Positions 10,754-22,238 are shown, counted from the stretch's first letter. The stretch: 64,000 bases of DNA from an uncultured Verrucomicrobiae bacterium (GCA_963828525.1 CAWHEP010000002.1:128001-192000), one strand, 5' to 3'. Numbers and translations are program-made. Notes: generated from the letters alone by a model not told the origin.

Positions 10754-11765
10754 TCAGGAGGCCGCGCCTGAATCTTCGGGAAGAACAGGGCCACCCATTC
10801 TGCTCGGCCGGAAAACAAGATAAACCAGCCCGCCGAATAGGCACATCGTTACCACCATGGAGAACGACACGAAGGACGCTGCCAGGGCCTGCGCGCTGCC
10901 GACGTGCGCAAGAACCCCCAGAAATAGCACAAGCAGGTACTCGCGCACTCCAATGCCCGCGACAGTGACCGGGATGGCATTGGAGGCGAGGATGATCAGG
11001 AACGAAGCTTAGCCAAATGCGAAAGGGCACCCGCAATCCCACCGCCACTCCGGCAAGATAAAACAGCGCGCACAGCATAAACTGCGTTACACACGCGGCC
11101 GCGAGCACCTCTGCCACCCGCCTCTTGTTCGCGCTCAGCACTCCCCAGATGCGAGCCGCTTCATCTCGTAGATTATGCGCGGGAAGGGAGCGAAGGCGGT
11201 GTTCGAACCATCGATGCGTCGGATGCCCGGCGAAGAAAAAGAACAGCCCGAAAACGCCCACGCCGATCCCGCCTGAAAGGACCCCGAGCGCCATGAGATG
11301 CGTCTGCCGTGAACCCGAGAGCAGCCTCCACTGCCATGGAAGACATAGCAGCGCGAGGAAAAGAATGCTCGAGAGGCCGATGATACGATCTATCACCACC
11401 GTAGAGCAGGCCTCGCCGACGCGGCCCTTGGCAAATCGTGAGATATATAACATTCGCGTAATGTCATCCCCTGTTGGCCCCGGCATGAACATCGAGAAAA
11501 ATTGCCCGATCTGAGCGATGCAAATCAACGATCCGAGCGGAACCGCAATGTCAAAAAGCGCGAGCAGTCGATGCCACCTCCACCCCGCTATCGCAACCGT
11601 CCCAAAGCAGAGCAGGGTCCCGAAGAGCACCGGCATCCGCCGAGCGCCTCGGATGCTCAGCCAGACATTTCGCGCATCCACCTTGTGGAAGATCAATGTT
11701 AGCACCGCCACGGCAAAGCCGATCTTTAAGGCTAGAAAAAGAGCCCGCTTCGTGGATGCGCCCAT
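10754..11765 (-). CDS. Lysylphosphatidylglycerol-synthase TM/flippase-like (UPF0104) membrane protein, frameshifted near 10997
   Basis: WRWHRLL, GQFFSMFMPGPTGDD, VIDRIIG. After one extra base the frame continues IILASNAIPVTVAGIGVRE to the stop at 10754. Confidence 0.8.
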
Positions 11766-13133
11766 CACGCGGCGGCCTCCGCCCCCTCAAAAATTCCCCT
11801 GCTTCTGGAAATGCTGCCAAACTTTGCCTTCAATTTCAGGAACTTTCGTTCCATGAGGTAATAAGAAGCCGCGGACATCGCAACCAACACCGCCCAAGAC
11901 ATCGCGTAGATATAAACGTTGCGCCAGAACAGGCTGTGGATGAATCCAAATTTCTTCATCAAGTTGATCGTAAATGGGATCGCCAGCCAATTATAAGCAT
12001 AGAGTCCATAGGAGATGCGCCCCAGGAAATCCAGGACGGGATGCTCCAGGCTAATGAGGCGGAGCGGGTTCACTGCCACATTAAGGATCACGAGGACGAA
12101 TAATGCCGAATATATATCGTCGTCTAAGATTCCAAATACGACACCCTTGATGAGGCAGAATGCGAGAAATCCTAAAAAAACGATTTGCGTTAGCCAGTTG
12201 AATTGGATTTTTAACAAAGGGCTTTGCTGTAGACACAGCCAGGCACCCATTCCCCCGATTGCCATGCAGTCTATTCTGAAGAATCCAAAAAACTCCGCCA
12301 CTGTTTTGCAAACGCGCAACGTATGCATGGACGCATCCGCATCGATGCAATACAGCCAGATAAGCGGCGCTTGCTTTTGATAAAACGAGCGCGACAACGA
12401 TCCCCGCCAAGGCTGGGAAGATTTTGCCTTTCAGTATCCGTATAAGAAGGGGCCAAACGAAATAAAAATGCTCCTCGACACTCACGGTCCAAAGAACTCC
12501 TCCAGGAAAGATTCCTGGATAGCTGATTTCAAAGACATGCACCCACATTAAGAGAAACAGCGAAAGCTTGGCGAAATAATGAGCGTGCAGAACCGGGATC
12601 ATTGTCGCTGGTTGCACCAAATGCCATCGCGGCAGAATTGTGAATGCGAAAGCGGTTAGAAAGAAATACACCGGCCAGATACGCAACGCTCGGCGGATGT
12701 AAAAATCCTTGAGGGAAATGGAGCGTGTCTCTCCTACCTCCACCAAGAGCAGATAGGTGATTAGAAAACCGCTCAAGACAAAGAAAAAAGTGACGCCCAG
12801 CGCGCCGGCTCGCAGAAACAGCGGGCTTAAAAGCGATTTCCCTTTCCAGAGGCTGTCTAAACCACTAATAAGCTTCACTTGCTCGACGTGATGGATGTAG
12901 ACCAGGAACGCGGCGATAAATCGAAGCGCATTGAGGCCCGGAAAATGAACCGGCGGACGCCTTGCCTCTGGATTGGGCTGTCTTTTAGCGCGTAGCGCGA
13001 ACAGCGCTGCAATGACTGTCAGTCCCCCCAGCCATGCCTGGTGCGGAAATGGCCCTTTTACGATGCTGTAAATCGAGCCGAAGAAGACTAACAGCGCGGC
13101 GCAAACCAGCCCAGCGCGCGCCGCGTCCCTCAT
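11765..13133 (-). CDS. Acyltransferase_3 (OafA-like) membrane acyltransferase, frameshifted near 12300-12400
   Basis: FPGLNALRFIAA, GVTFFFVLSGFLIT, FYIRRALRIWP, WTVSVEEHFY; second frame has LGRISYGLY...SYYLMERKF. Confidence 0.85.
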
Positions 13134-13699
13134 ACTCCAGCACTCCGGTCGTTCTCGAATTCGCTGCGCGCGCCGATTATAAAGAGACGGATGCCAGCGA
13201 TGACGTTCGCCGCTAAAGCGAGGCGTGTCCGGTTTATATAGTAACGCCCATTTTTCTCAACGATGTCCCCGCTTTCAAGTAGTCGCTTGATGCGCATCCC
13301 TGCAAACGCCTCCTCATTGTAGATTCGGTCAATTTCCTGGAGTGGCATCGGCTCAGGCCTTTCTGCGATCTCCGCGTACAGTCTGATCCGGATGGAGGTT
13401 TGCCCCAGGTTGACCAATCCAAAATAGCAATAAGACAGCGCGGCGTACGTCGGCGCGTTCACTAAAAGCGAAACCGCGCAAGCGTCGGGGCCGCTGTTTG
13501 TTCTGAAGAGCAACGTCTCGAACGCGGCGAGGGCGAGCGCCCCAGTGAAGAACCCGACAAGAACGCAGCGCAGAAAGTTGCGGCCTCGGCTGGCTCTCAC
13601 CGCGAGGACTTGAGCGACCGCGTTGACGCAAAGCGCCGCGAGCGGACTGGCGATCGAACAAATCTGCCAGCCCTCAGCCGCCCTTGGGAATTGCGCCAT
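13130..13699 (-). CDS. Hypothetical membrane protein with C-terminal winged-helix-like segment
   Basis: Three hydrophobic segments, then TSIRIRL...RIKRLLESGDIVEKNGRYYI. Start uncertain. Confidence 0.65.
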   Translation of the reverse strand: MAQFPRAAEGWQICSIASPLAALCVNAVAQVLAVRASRGRNFLRCVLVGFFTGALALAAFETLLFRTNSGPDACAVSLLVNAPTYAALSYCYFGLVNLGQTSIRIRLYAEIAERPEPMPLQEIDRIYNEEAFAGMRIKRLLESGDIVEKNGRYYINRTRLALAANVIAGIRLFIIGARSEFENDRSAGV

Positions 13700-14168
13700 A
13701 AAGTTTCCGGTAGCCGAGGATAAAGCGAAAGCCGGGTGAACCGCGGCCTTTTACGCGATACCTCCCATCCTGCTCAGAAATCAACCCGGCTTCCATTAAC
13801 TGCCCGAGCCGCCCCTGAACGAAAGGTCGCTTCGCTAAGAATGTGCCTGCCTCGTCGATCCCGCGTCCATCCGAACCCTTCTCCGCGATGAAGCGCACGA
13901 GGCTAAGAGTGGGACTATCCAGGTTAAACGCGGAATACAAGACTACATAGCAAACACCGCAGGAGGCATAGAAGGATGCGATGTGAATGAAATCCAGCAG
14001 GGCGTAGTGCCGTGTGACTGCCGCCATGGCCGCCCATGCGCAAAAGACCAGCGCGAATATAACAAGCAGACCCTTGAACTGCGCCTTCGGCAGGCGGATT
14101 CTCCATAGCAAAAAGTGAATCGTAAAAGCGACGCCGAAAAGGACGCAGCCTGTGCCGAAGAGCAGCAT
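13674..14168 (-). CDS. Hypothetical membrane protein, apparent paralog of 13130-13699
   Basis: Three hydrophobic segments, then DSPTLSL...RLGQLMEAGLISEQDGRYRV. Confidence 0.65.
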   Translation of the reverse strand: MLLFGTGCVLFGVAFTIHFLLWRIRLPKAQFKGLLVIFALVFCAWAAMAAVTRHYALLDFIHIASFYASCGVCYVVLYSAFNLDSPTLSLVRFIAEKGSDGRGIDEAGTFLAKRPFVQGRLGQLMEAGLISEQDGRYRVKGRGSPGFRFILGYRKLYGAIPKGG

Positions 14169-14182
14169 TTGCGAGAGGAATC

Positions 14183-14962
14183 TCAGCGCTCCGATGCGCT
14201 AACGGCGACGCTTCCGCTGACTTGGGATGGCAGCGCTTTGGACGAGTTTCGAACGTCGCGCCTCAACTGGATAACATCGCGCAACACTTCAACTAGGTTT
14301 TTCAACTTGAGAGCCGACGAATAATCGTTTGCGCCTTCTGGATAGCGGATGCCCACATTTACATGGGTGGCTCCTCGCTTTAAAAGTTTTACGGCAATCT
14401 CCGCGATGAATGCGTATCCGTTACTTTTGATCGTCAGGTTCTCCAGCAGCTTCCGTCGGAACACGGAGCTGTTGTAGTAAGGGATCTCAAATCCGAACAG
14501 CAGGTTCAGCAACATCGAAAACCCGCGCGATCCATACCGCCGAAGCAAGCGCCGGGAGGAAGGGTTATTCGCGTACGGAACGATGATGTCTGCTTCTCCC
14601 ACGCGCTCAACAGTAGATCGGATGCTGTCAGTGGTAGCGGCATTGTCACCTGCCACCGCCATCACATACTCACATCGCGCAACCGTCAGGGCATGCTTGT
14701 AAGCGCCCCCCTGGCCCTTGTTGGTGGAGTTATGCACAACCGAAATTTTGGGGTCGTGCTCTGCCAGCTGATCCATGATCGCGCCCGTCTTATCGGTGCT
14801 GCCATCATCGGCCAGCGCGATCTGGTAGTCCGACAGGAAATCATCCTCCCCAACGGATTTCCGGATTGTCTCTACAGTGCTCTCGATACGCGCTTCTTCG
14901 TTAAGCGCGAATACGATAAATGTGACGGAAGGTCGGGTGCTCACAGGATTTAGGCTACGCAA
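14183..14962 (-). CDS. Glycosyltransferase family 2 (DPM1-like)
   Basis: FIVFALNEE, DDGSTDKT, NKGQGGA, AGDN, GYAFIAEI. Confidence 0.88.
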   Translation of the reverse strand: MRSLNPVSTRPSVTFIVFALNEEARIESTVETIRKSVGEDDFLSDYQIALADDGSTDKTGAIMDQLAEHDPKISVVHNSTNKGQGGAYKHALTVARCEYVMAVAGDNAATTDSIRSTVERVGEADIIVPYANNPSSRRLLRRYGSRGFSMLLNLLFGFEIPYYNSSVFRRKLLENLTIKSNGYAFIAEIAVKLLKRGATHVNVGIRYPEGANDYSSALKLKNLVEVLRDVIQLRRDVRNSSKALPSQVSGSVAVSASER

Positions 14963-15086
14963 ACTGCAGCAATCTCCGCGCCCAGTCCGCGAGAAGCATC
15001 GTGTTCTGCCAGCCCTCTGTTGTCAACACTCCTCCTGGGCATGAGAGCCTGATCCACCTGTTTCGCCGATGAACCGCTTTCAGAAG

Positions 15087-16333
15087 TCACTTCGTTATCA
15101 CCTTTAACTCCGGCAACGGAACGATAAACTTTCCGCCTTCGTCCAGAAAACGCGCGTACTTCTTCACGATAGGCTCGTAGTACCTCCAGGCAAAGATAAG
15201 AATCGCGTCCGGCTTTCTCCGTACATCGCCGCAGGCGGCAGCACCGGTATATGCGCTCCGGGACTGTGGAGCCCCTGCTTCGCGGGATAATCGTCGTAAA
15301 TGCAGCCAACCGCCTCTTCAAGACCAAAGTGGTAAAGCAGAGTCGTGGTCGTCGCTGAAGCTCCAAAGCCGTCAACCGTCTTGCCATTTGCGCGCAGTCC
15401 TTCAAGCAGCTTGCCGAGAGCCTCCTTCGCCCCGTCTATGCGCGCGGCAAATCCATGAAAAGCCTCCAGGCTGTGTATCCCCTCGCGATCCTCGGAAGCC
15501 ACCAGTTCGGCGACACCCGGGGAAACGGGGCGCGGCCCGCCCGCGAGTTGCGCCATGTAACGCAGAGAGCCTCCCTTTGTGGCGACATGCTCGGCGTCGA
15601 TCAACTCCATTCCATGCCGCGCGAAAAAGCTCACCAGCGGCGCCACCGAAAAACACGATAAATGCTCATGGTACAAGAAGTCGAATACCATATTCCTCAT
15701 CAGATCGGCCATGTAGTAGCTTTCAAAGATGAAAACCCCATCAGGGGCAAGCAAATCGCGAATGGTCTCTGTCATCGTCGCAAGATCATCCACATTGGCG
15801 AACAGGTTGTTTGCCGTGACGATCGTCGCCAATCCGCGCTCCTTCTTGATACGCGCGCCGAGTTCCGGCGTGAAAAACTCCGGCAGCGTCTCCACGCCGG
15901 ACTCCGTTGCCTTCCTTGCGATCTCCCGCGCTGGATCCACCCCAAGCGCCCGCAATCCGTTCTTCTGGAATGCTCTTAACAGCGTTCCGTCGTTGCTTCC
16001 GATGTCGAGAGCCAGCGCTCCCGCCGAGGGCTTCAGTTTCCGGCAGACCGCGTCGGCGTATCGCCCAAAATGCTCCGCGAGTCCCAGGGAACTCTTAGTC
16101 TCGTAAATGTAATCCACATAGATGATCTCCGGCTGGATCACGTCCCGCAATTGGGTGAATCCGCAGTCCAGGCAGAGATCAACATCCAAAGGATGCTTCT
16201 TCTGAATCTCCCCGAGCAGGCTGGCTGGCACGTACGAATCCGCCAGCGGCGTCGGCGCGAGCTTCAACGCCAGCGCCAGCTTACGGCTTTCACAGAGCCG
16301 GCAAGTTTCCCGGCGGTAATTTACTCGATTCAT
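15087..16333 (-). CDS. SAM-dependent sugar C-methyltransferase, frameshifted near 15220
   Basis: N-terminal Zn ribbon (CRLC...CLDC), LDIGSNDGTLL, YHEHLS, GGSLRY. The canonical tail KPDAILIFAWRY...GGKFIVPLPELKVI lies in another frame ending at 15087. Confidence 0.88.
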
Positions 16334-16340
16334 GCTTTCG

Positions 16341-17093
16341 TTACTTCTTCGTGGATGCCGGTTCGCCGAGCATTCGCCGCCCAACCGTCTCCTGCCATTG
16401 CACGGACAAGCCGCCATCGACGACAAGTTCCTGCCCAGTGATGAAGGATGCCTTGGAACTGCCCAGAAACTCAATCACATTGGCGATCTCGTCCGAAGTT
16501 CCCATGCGTCCAAGTGGAATCACCGTCCGATACATCCGCTGGAGCTCACGGTTGCCCTCGTAGAACTCCCTCGCCTCCTCCTTCATCACCGTGCCAGGCG
16601 ACACGCAGTTCACACGGATGCCGCGAGGCCCCAGGGTCGCCGCGTAATAGCGCGCCATTTGCAGGAGTCCGGCTTTGGCGACGTGATAGCCCACCGGTTG
16701 CTCATCCGCTATAAGGCTGCAGGCTATGCTTCCCACCACCACGATGCTCTTCTCGCCCCCTTCCTCGAACTCGACGGCCAGGCTCTCGATGATCTCTTTC
16801 GTCGCCGTCAGGCTGGTCGCGATCTCGCCCGCCCAGCCATCTCCGGTTCCGCGAAAACGTTGGAAGAATACGAGCCGGCTCAGTTTCCCATTCTCGGAGA
16901 GAATCTCGCCGATTGCTCTTGCCCGATCATCCGGGTCGGTAATTTCAGCAGCCCAAAAACGCGCGCCCGGCGGGTCTTCGTCCAGCGGCTTCCTCCGTCC
17001 GATCACTGAAACAGTGTGGCCCGCCGCGGCGAAATGCCGCGCCAACACTCTCCCGGTTCCACGAGTCCCTCCGATGATCAGCGAGTGCTTCAT
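16341..17093 (-). CDS. Short-chain dehydrogenase/reductase
   Basis: GGTRGTG, YHVAK catalytic motif, IRVNCVSPG, PLGRMG, ITGQELVVDGG. Confidence 0.92.
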   Translation of the reverse strand: MKHSLIIGGTRGTGRVLARHFAAAGHTVSVIGRRKPLDEDPPGARFWAAEITDPDDRARAIGEILSENGKLSRLVFFQRFRGTGDGWAGEIATSLTATKEIIESLAVEFEEGGEKSIVVVGSIACSLIADEQPVGYHVAKAGLLQMARYYAATLGPRGIRVNCVSPGTVMKEEAREFYEGNRELQRMYRTVIPLGRMGTSDEIANVIEFLGSSKASFITGQELVVDGGLSVQWQETVGRRMLGEPASTKK

Positions 17094-17656
17094 CCTTCCG
17101 ACCGCCCGCCGCCCGTTTCGGGGGGAAACGCGCGAACGTCCTGTTCCAGCGCGCTGATGAATCCCCGCTCGCTGCCTTCTTCGGGGGCCCAGGGCGCGAA
17201 CACCGTCTCCTCCCGCTTGAATGGCCCGTTGGTCGTCTCGTGGAATACAAGCACATCGGAACGGATCAGCAGGGTGTGATACACCGGCTCCGCCAGCCGG
17301 TAGTAAAATGGCAGCCCGGAATCGAAAGCGCCCATGACCATCACGCGCGTGACCTTTCCCGCTTCGTCGAAAAGAACAACATCCACCTCCCCGCGGATGA
17401 TGTGAAAAGACTCGCTCTTGTGAAGGTGCTTGTGCGGCCGCACATACGCGTTCCTCGCATGGACAATCAGCATCTCATGGACTGCGTCGCTCACAGAGCC
17501 ATGCGCACAGAGCCTTGCGCGCTCGCGCCTGTTACCCGAGGCCTTCGCGGCCAGGGCGTCGATATCTTCCCGAGTTACCAGCACCACTGGTTCAGCAGGG
17601 TAATAGACCTCCTCGCTTTCCTCGCGGGCGTGAAACGACTTCAACCGCAGGCTCAT
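17090..17656 (-). CDS. WbuC-family cupin-fold metalloprotein
   Basis: RERARLCAH, HEMLI, YVRPHKH..KSESF, YHT, HETTNGPF, FAPWAP. Confidence 0.88.
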   Translation of the reverse strand: MSLRLKSFHAREESEEVYYPAEPVVLVTREDIDALAAKASGNRRERARLCAHGSVSDAVHEMLIVHARNAYVRPHKHLHKSESFHIIRGEVDVVLFDEAGKVTRVMVMGAFDSGLPFYYRLAEPVYHTLLIRSDVLVFHETTNGPFKREETVFAPWAPEEGSERGFISALEQDVRAFPPETGGGRSEG

Positions 17657-18687
17657 GACATCCGCACCACGCAACGCCCCGCTTCCCCGGCGCGAATTTT
17701 GTCGAGCGCGCTGTTTATCTCTTCGAACGGGAACCTGTGTGTGATCAGTTCATCCAGCTTCAGTTTACCCTTTTTATAAAGGTTCAAGTAACGGGGGATA
17801 TCCTCGTGCGGAACACACTGCCCTCCCTCGCACCCGGTCAGCACCTTTCCGAAATGCAGCGGCAGCGAGTGAATAGTGATGTCTTGATCGTGGCGCGGCA
17901 CGCCCACGAGAATCGCTCTTCCTTTGGAAGTCGTGACGTTATAGGCCAGCTCGATCAGCTTCACCAGCCCGGTCGTCTCAATCGCCACGTCCACGCCTTT
18001 TGTCCCGGCGATCTTCAGGATTTCCGCCCTCGCGTCGCATTTTGTCGAGTTGATGACGTGCGTCGCGCCAAACGCGCGCGCCATCTCCAGCTTATGCTCG
18101 TGGATATCGACCGCGATGATCGGGTCGGCTGCGACCATTGCCGCCCCCTGGACCATGCTCGCTCCCACCCCGCCGCACCCAAGGACGACGACAGACTGCC
18201 CGATCTTAACCTTCGCGTCGTTGTTGATCAGACCCAGCGCGGTCGTGATCGCGCAGCCCATCAGCGCCGCCACCTCAAAATCAACATCCTCGGGTATCAC
18301 CGTCAGCCGGTTTTCGGAGATAATTGCATGATGGTTAAACGTCGTCACCCAGCCCGCGTTCACCGTCCTGCCCGCCCAATGATATTTCGCCGGTTGCGCC
18401 TGGATGCCTTCGCTTTTGCGCCAGTGCAGCACCACGTGGTCGCCCGGTTTTACATGGGTTACACCAGCCCCGACTTCAAGCACGATCCCCCCGCCCTCAT
18501 GCCCGAGAAGATGCGGCAAAAAACGATCAGGCCCCTTTGCCCCGGCGATCTCTCCCAACTGCGCCCCGCAGATCCCGCTGCACCCGATTTCCACAAGCAC
18601 CTGGCCGCATTCCAGCAGAGGTATATCGATCTCGTCCAGCACCAGCGGAGCATTCAGCTCAGTAAGGATGGCAGCCCTGGTTTTCAT
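17653..18687 (-). CDS. Zinc-binding alcohol dehydrogenase (MDR family)
   Basis: SGICG, LLGHEGGG, MGCAITT, GCGGVG. Lacks the structural-Zn Cys loop. Confidence 0.9.
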   Translation of the reverse strand: MKTRAAILTELNAPLVLDEIDIPLLECGQVLVEIGCSGICGAQLGEIAGAKGPDRFLPHLLGHEGGGIVLEVGAGVTHVKPGDHVVLHWRKSEGIQAQPAKYHWAGRTVNAGWVTTFNHHAIISENRLTVIPEDVDFEVAALMGCAITTALGLINNDAKVKIGQSVVVLGCGGVGASMVQGAAMVAADPIIAVDIHEHKLEMARAFGATHVINSTKCDARAEILKIAGTKGVDVAIETTGLVKLIELAYNVTTSKGRAILVGVPRHDQDITIHSLPLHFGKVLTGCEGGQCVPHEDIPRYLNLYKKGKLKLDELITHRFPFEEINSALDKIRAGEAGRCVVRMS

Positions 18688-18752
18688 TTGGATTGGGGAA
18701 CTCTAACGACGGATTTCACGAATGTGACTGACTGGGCGTCCGGGGAATCAGT

Positions 18753-19418
18753 TCATTCAAAGTAAATAAACTCATAGTCACCGGTGTAGCCAAAGTGCCG
18801 GTAAAGCCAAATCCATTCCGCCGTATCGAAGAACGACTCGCAAGTCAGCGCCCAGCACTGCAAGTTAAACTGCTCAAGCTCATTCCTGTAGCTTTCCAGC
18901 ATCACATACCCCTGCTTGCCGACCCGCTCGATTTCGCCAAGCGCGGTCTTTAGCTCAAAAAGCCGCAGGTTGTGCAGGGTTGTCAGGGAGATCACCAGAT
19001 CGAAATGGTCGTCTCCAAAGGGATACGCGTCCTGCGCGCGATACTTAAACAGCGACGCCTTCAACTCGGGCAATGCGCTCGCCAGACCATGTACTGAGGT
19101 ATCGAACCCAACCAACTCCAGCCCAGGCTCGATCAGTTGCATTTCATAAAGCAGAAATGCTTTGCCACAACCGACATCCAGCACACGGGAGCCCGCCTTC
19201 AGTTTGTAGGTATCGATCAACGCCTGCGCCACCGGCTTCCAACGACCCGGCAGGTATTTGTAGCCCCCATAGCCGTAGCGGCGATCCCCATCCCAGTAAT
19301 CCCGCTCATATTCCTTTGCCTTTAGCATGCAATGGACTTTGTCGTCCACCATCCGCGCGAGGTAATCACGCTTTGTTGCTTGGTGCAGGGGGGTCACGAA
19401 ATTCATTAATCGACTCAT
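18753..19418 (-). CDS. Class I SAM-dependent methyltransferase
   Basis: DYWDGDRRYGYGGY, VLDVGCGKAFL, FDLVIS..TLHNL. Confidence 0.88.
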   Translation of the reverse strand: MSRLMNFVTPLHQATKRDYLARMVDDKVHCMLKAKEYERDYWDGDRRYGYGGYKYLPGRWKPVAQALIDTYKLKAGSRVLDVGCGKAFLLYEMQLIEPGLELVGFDTSVHGLASALPELKASLFKYRAQDAYPFGDDHFDLVISLTTLHNLRLFELKTALGEIERVGKQGYVMLESYRNELEQFNLQCWALTCESFFDTAEWIWLYRHFGYTGDYEFIYFE

Positions 19419-19431
19419 AATAATAACGCTT

Positions 19432-20385
19432 TCAGCCACGGATCACAGATCGCGCGGCGGGGAATTGTTGCTGGCGGAATCCCAGCACCGCTTCCGAAAT
19501 CTTCGTGGCTGTAATACCGTAGCGCGCCATCAGGCTAGCCTGCGAGCCGTATTGATCCGGGAACACATCCGGTATGCCGATCCGTTTGAAATGCTTTGCG
19601 AGACCAGCCTCGGCAATGATCTCAGCCACCGCGCTGCCGAGTCCGCCCATGAGCGTGTGCTCCTCGATGGTAATGATGATCGGCGCGCCCGCGGCGCGGT
19701 CGAGGATTGCTTGAGCGTCCAGCGGCTTCACGGTGTGGCAATGCAACACTGCGGCCGCGATTCCCCGCGTTTGAAGTTCCGCCGCCGCCGCAAGCGACAC
19801 TTGCAGGCAGACGCCCGTCGTGACCAGCAGCGCGTCTGCTCCTTCCCTCATCGGGATCGCCTTGCCGATCTCGCATGGCAAGTCATCGCGACTCACTACC
19901 GCGTCACCCCCTTTTCCAAGGCGTATATACACCGGGCCTTCCACATCCACGGTCTGCAACATCAACCGTCGCATCTCCTCGGCGTCGCAAGGCGCGAGGA
20001 TCGTCATGTTCGGAATGGCGCGCAGGATTGCTATGTCATCCGTCGCGAGATGCGTGGGTCCAAGCGGCGCGTAAACCATGCCCCCCCCGCTGGCGATGAG
20101 ACGCACCTTCGTATTATGCAAACCGAGATCGATGACGATCTGCTCGAAGCAACGGCGCGTCAGGAAAGTCGCTATGGTATTGATGTAAGGGATTTTCCCT
20201 TCCATCGCCAGGCCCGCGGCCATGCTGACGATGTTCGCCTCGCTCACGCCCTCCATGAGGAATTGGTTGGGCAACTCCTCTTTCATCTGCTTCAGCGTGT
20301 CCGGCCCAAGATCAGACCCGATGAACATGACGCGGGAATCCCGCTTCGCCAGTTCATACACCATGTCGAGTGACGTCTTGCGCAT
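19432..20385 (-). CDS. Transketolase C-terminal subunit
   Basis: GVSEAN, RCFEQI, GPTH, PVYIRLGK, TVKPLD, EEH..GGLGS. Confidence 0.93.
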   Translation of the reverse strand: MRKTSLDMVYELAKRDSRVMFIGSDLGPDTLKQMKEELPNQFLMEGVSEANIVSMAAGLAMEGKIPYINTIATFLTRRCFEQIVIDLGLHNTKVRLIASGGGMVYAPLGPTHLATDDIAILRAIPNMTILAPCDAEEMRRLMLQTVDVEGPVYIRLGKGGDAVVSRDDLPCEIGKAIPMREGADALLVTTGVCLQVSLAAAAELQTRGIAAAVLHCHTVKPLDAQAILDRAAGAPIIITIEEHTLMGGLGSAVAEIIAEAGLAKHFKRIGIPDVFPDQYGSQASLMARYGITATKISEAVLGFRQQQFPAARSVIRG

Positions 20386-21229
20386 TACAGCGAATCCAGT
20401 TCAGCCATCAGCGCCGCCACTTCCGCTTCGGTGACTTTGGCTTTGTGATGCCACGCGAGGTTCCGCTCCGTAAAGCTCACACCCTTACCCTTTATGGTGT
20501 GGCACAGGATCACGTTCGGCCGTCCCGTTTCAAAGGGCGTCGCTCGCAACACCTGCTCCAGCGCCTCCGTGTCGTGTCCATTTACCTCGCGCGCGGCGAA
20601 GCCAAACGCTCTCCACTTGTCGGCAAACGGCTCCAAATCCTGCACATCGGCGATGGAGCCGTAAGTCTGCTGCTTGTTGTAATCCACCAGCACCGTCAGA
20701 TTATCCAGCTTGTGCTTCGCCGCGCATAGCGCCGCTTCCCAGATCGTTCCCTCGCTGCATTCTCCATCGCCCAACACGACAAACACGCGGTGCAATTTGC
20801 CATCCAGCTTCGCGGCCAGCGCAAACCCCACTCCGATGGAAAAGCCATGCCCAAGGCTGCCGGTCGAAGCCTCCACGCCCGGCACCTTGCTCGCTTCCGG
20901 GTGCCCGCCCAGGATTCCGTCTGCCGCGCAGAACTTCCAAAGCTCGACCTCGGGAAAAAAGCCCTTTCCCGCCAGCACGGCGTAGAGGGCCAGACAACCA
21001 TGCCCCTTGCTCAGGATTGCGCGGTCTCGTTCCGCCCAATCCGGGCGTTGCGCGTCATACTTCAGTATCTTGTCGTAAAGGACGCGGAGTATCTCCACGA
21101 CCGAAAATGCCGCCCCGACATGACCGCGTTTCCCGCGGCGAGAGTCCGCGCGATGGTCTTCCGCAACTCCCTGGAGCGCGCGTCCAGCACGGTAGCCTCA
21201 GGAGTGGTAGGGGAAGTCTCGGTAATCAT
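20385..21229 (-). CDS. Transketolase N-terminal (TPP-binding) subunit, frameshifted near 21132
   Basis: RGHVGAAFS (restored across the frameshift), ILSKGHG, STGSLGHG, GDGE..EG..WEA, HTIKGKG, WHH. Confidence 0.9.
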
Positions 21230-22238
21230 GCAAAAGTCCGGCGAGGAGCCGCCGTGCTTTCTCGATCTGGATGCTGCCATCCCATGCGCCCGGGGTGGCG
21301 TCAGCAAAGCACCGGCGCGCCATGTGCTCAAGGGTAAATTCATTCAACAGGATCGCGCACCACTTCAACCCAAATAGCGGATACACCGCTTCAACCCGCG
21401 CCGGCAACGAAGCAACGAACCCGCGCGCGCCCGCGTCCACAGCCCCGGCAAAAAATCTTTGCTTCAATCCGGCGCTTAAATCCATCGCGGGATGCAGCAA
21501 AAAATCCGCGACTGTTTTCGCCGGGTCATCCCATCCGAAATACTCAAAATCCAGAAACACAAGCGTCCCGTCTTCTTGCTTCAGGGCGTTGTGAAACCCG
21601 AAATCCGACGGACTCAGGATCCGGTCCGCATGGGAAATCTCCCCGTCCATAGCGATCCCGTGGCGCTCGCAATGATCCGCGCTCCACTGCCCGACCGCCT
21701 TGCGGAAAGGTAGTAGTTCATCCTGGAGGAAGCTCTCGAGTTCCGGTTGATCCGCGGAGCTCTTCGCAAGCCGCGCCAGCCTCCCATCGACACTGCGCAG
21801 GATCGCCGAGATCGAAAAGCACGCCTCCGAGGCGGGCGGGAAAGCCCCCTGCAGAGCGTCCGCGCTCACGCTTTTCAACACCCGGAGAAACTCCACGGCG
21901 GCATCGATCTCGCGCTCGCCCGCGCAACCCGCCATCAATGGCTTCCCCGCCATGAATTCATAGATGCCAACCTGCCGCGACGGGCTGCCAGCCACTGGAG
22001 CCGCGACTTGCGCCACGCCCGCGCTTTTCAGAAACTCGAGCGCGTGATACTCGGCAGCAAGCCTGTCCCGGGAATCCCGTTCCGATTTAAAATACGCTTT
22101 CGCGGCAAAGACGGAGCCGTCCCCGCATTCCACGCGGAAGACCTGGCTGTTGCGCCCTCCCTTCAGTTTCTCGAATCGCGAAGTCTCTTTGCGCAATTCC
22201 TCCCGCAAAACCAGCGTGATGGATTCCTCGGCGTTCAT
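21198..22238 (-). CDS. Aminoglycoside phosphotransferase/choline-kinase-like protein
   Basis: GGRNSQVF, AKAY, LSPSDFGFHNAL, FLDFEYFGWDDP. Confidence 0.85.
   Translation of the reverse strand: MNAEESITLVLREELRKETSRFEKLKGGRNSQVFRVECGDGSVFAAKAYFKSERDSRDRLAAEYHALEFLKSAGVAQVAAPVAGSPSRQVGIYEFMAGKPLMAGCAGEREIDAAVEFLRVLKSVSADALQGAFPPASEACFSISAILRSVDGRLARLAKSSADQPELESFLQDELLPFRKAVGQWSADHCERHGIAMDGEISHADRILSPSDFGFHNALKQEDGTLVFLDFEYFGWDDPAKTVADFLLHPAMDLSAGLKQRFFAGAVDAGARGFVASLPARVEAVYPLFGLKWCAILLNEFTLEHMARRCFADATPGAWDGSIQIEKARRLLAGLLHDYRDFPYHS

Noticed and set aside
18700..18735. Degenerate REP-like motif (TAACGACGGATTTCACGAAT) between two glycan genes
   Set aside because: Single degenerate copy in the window; cannot be supported without genome context.
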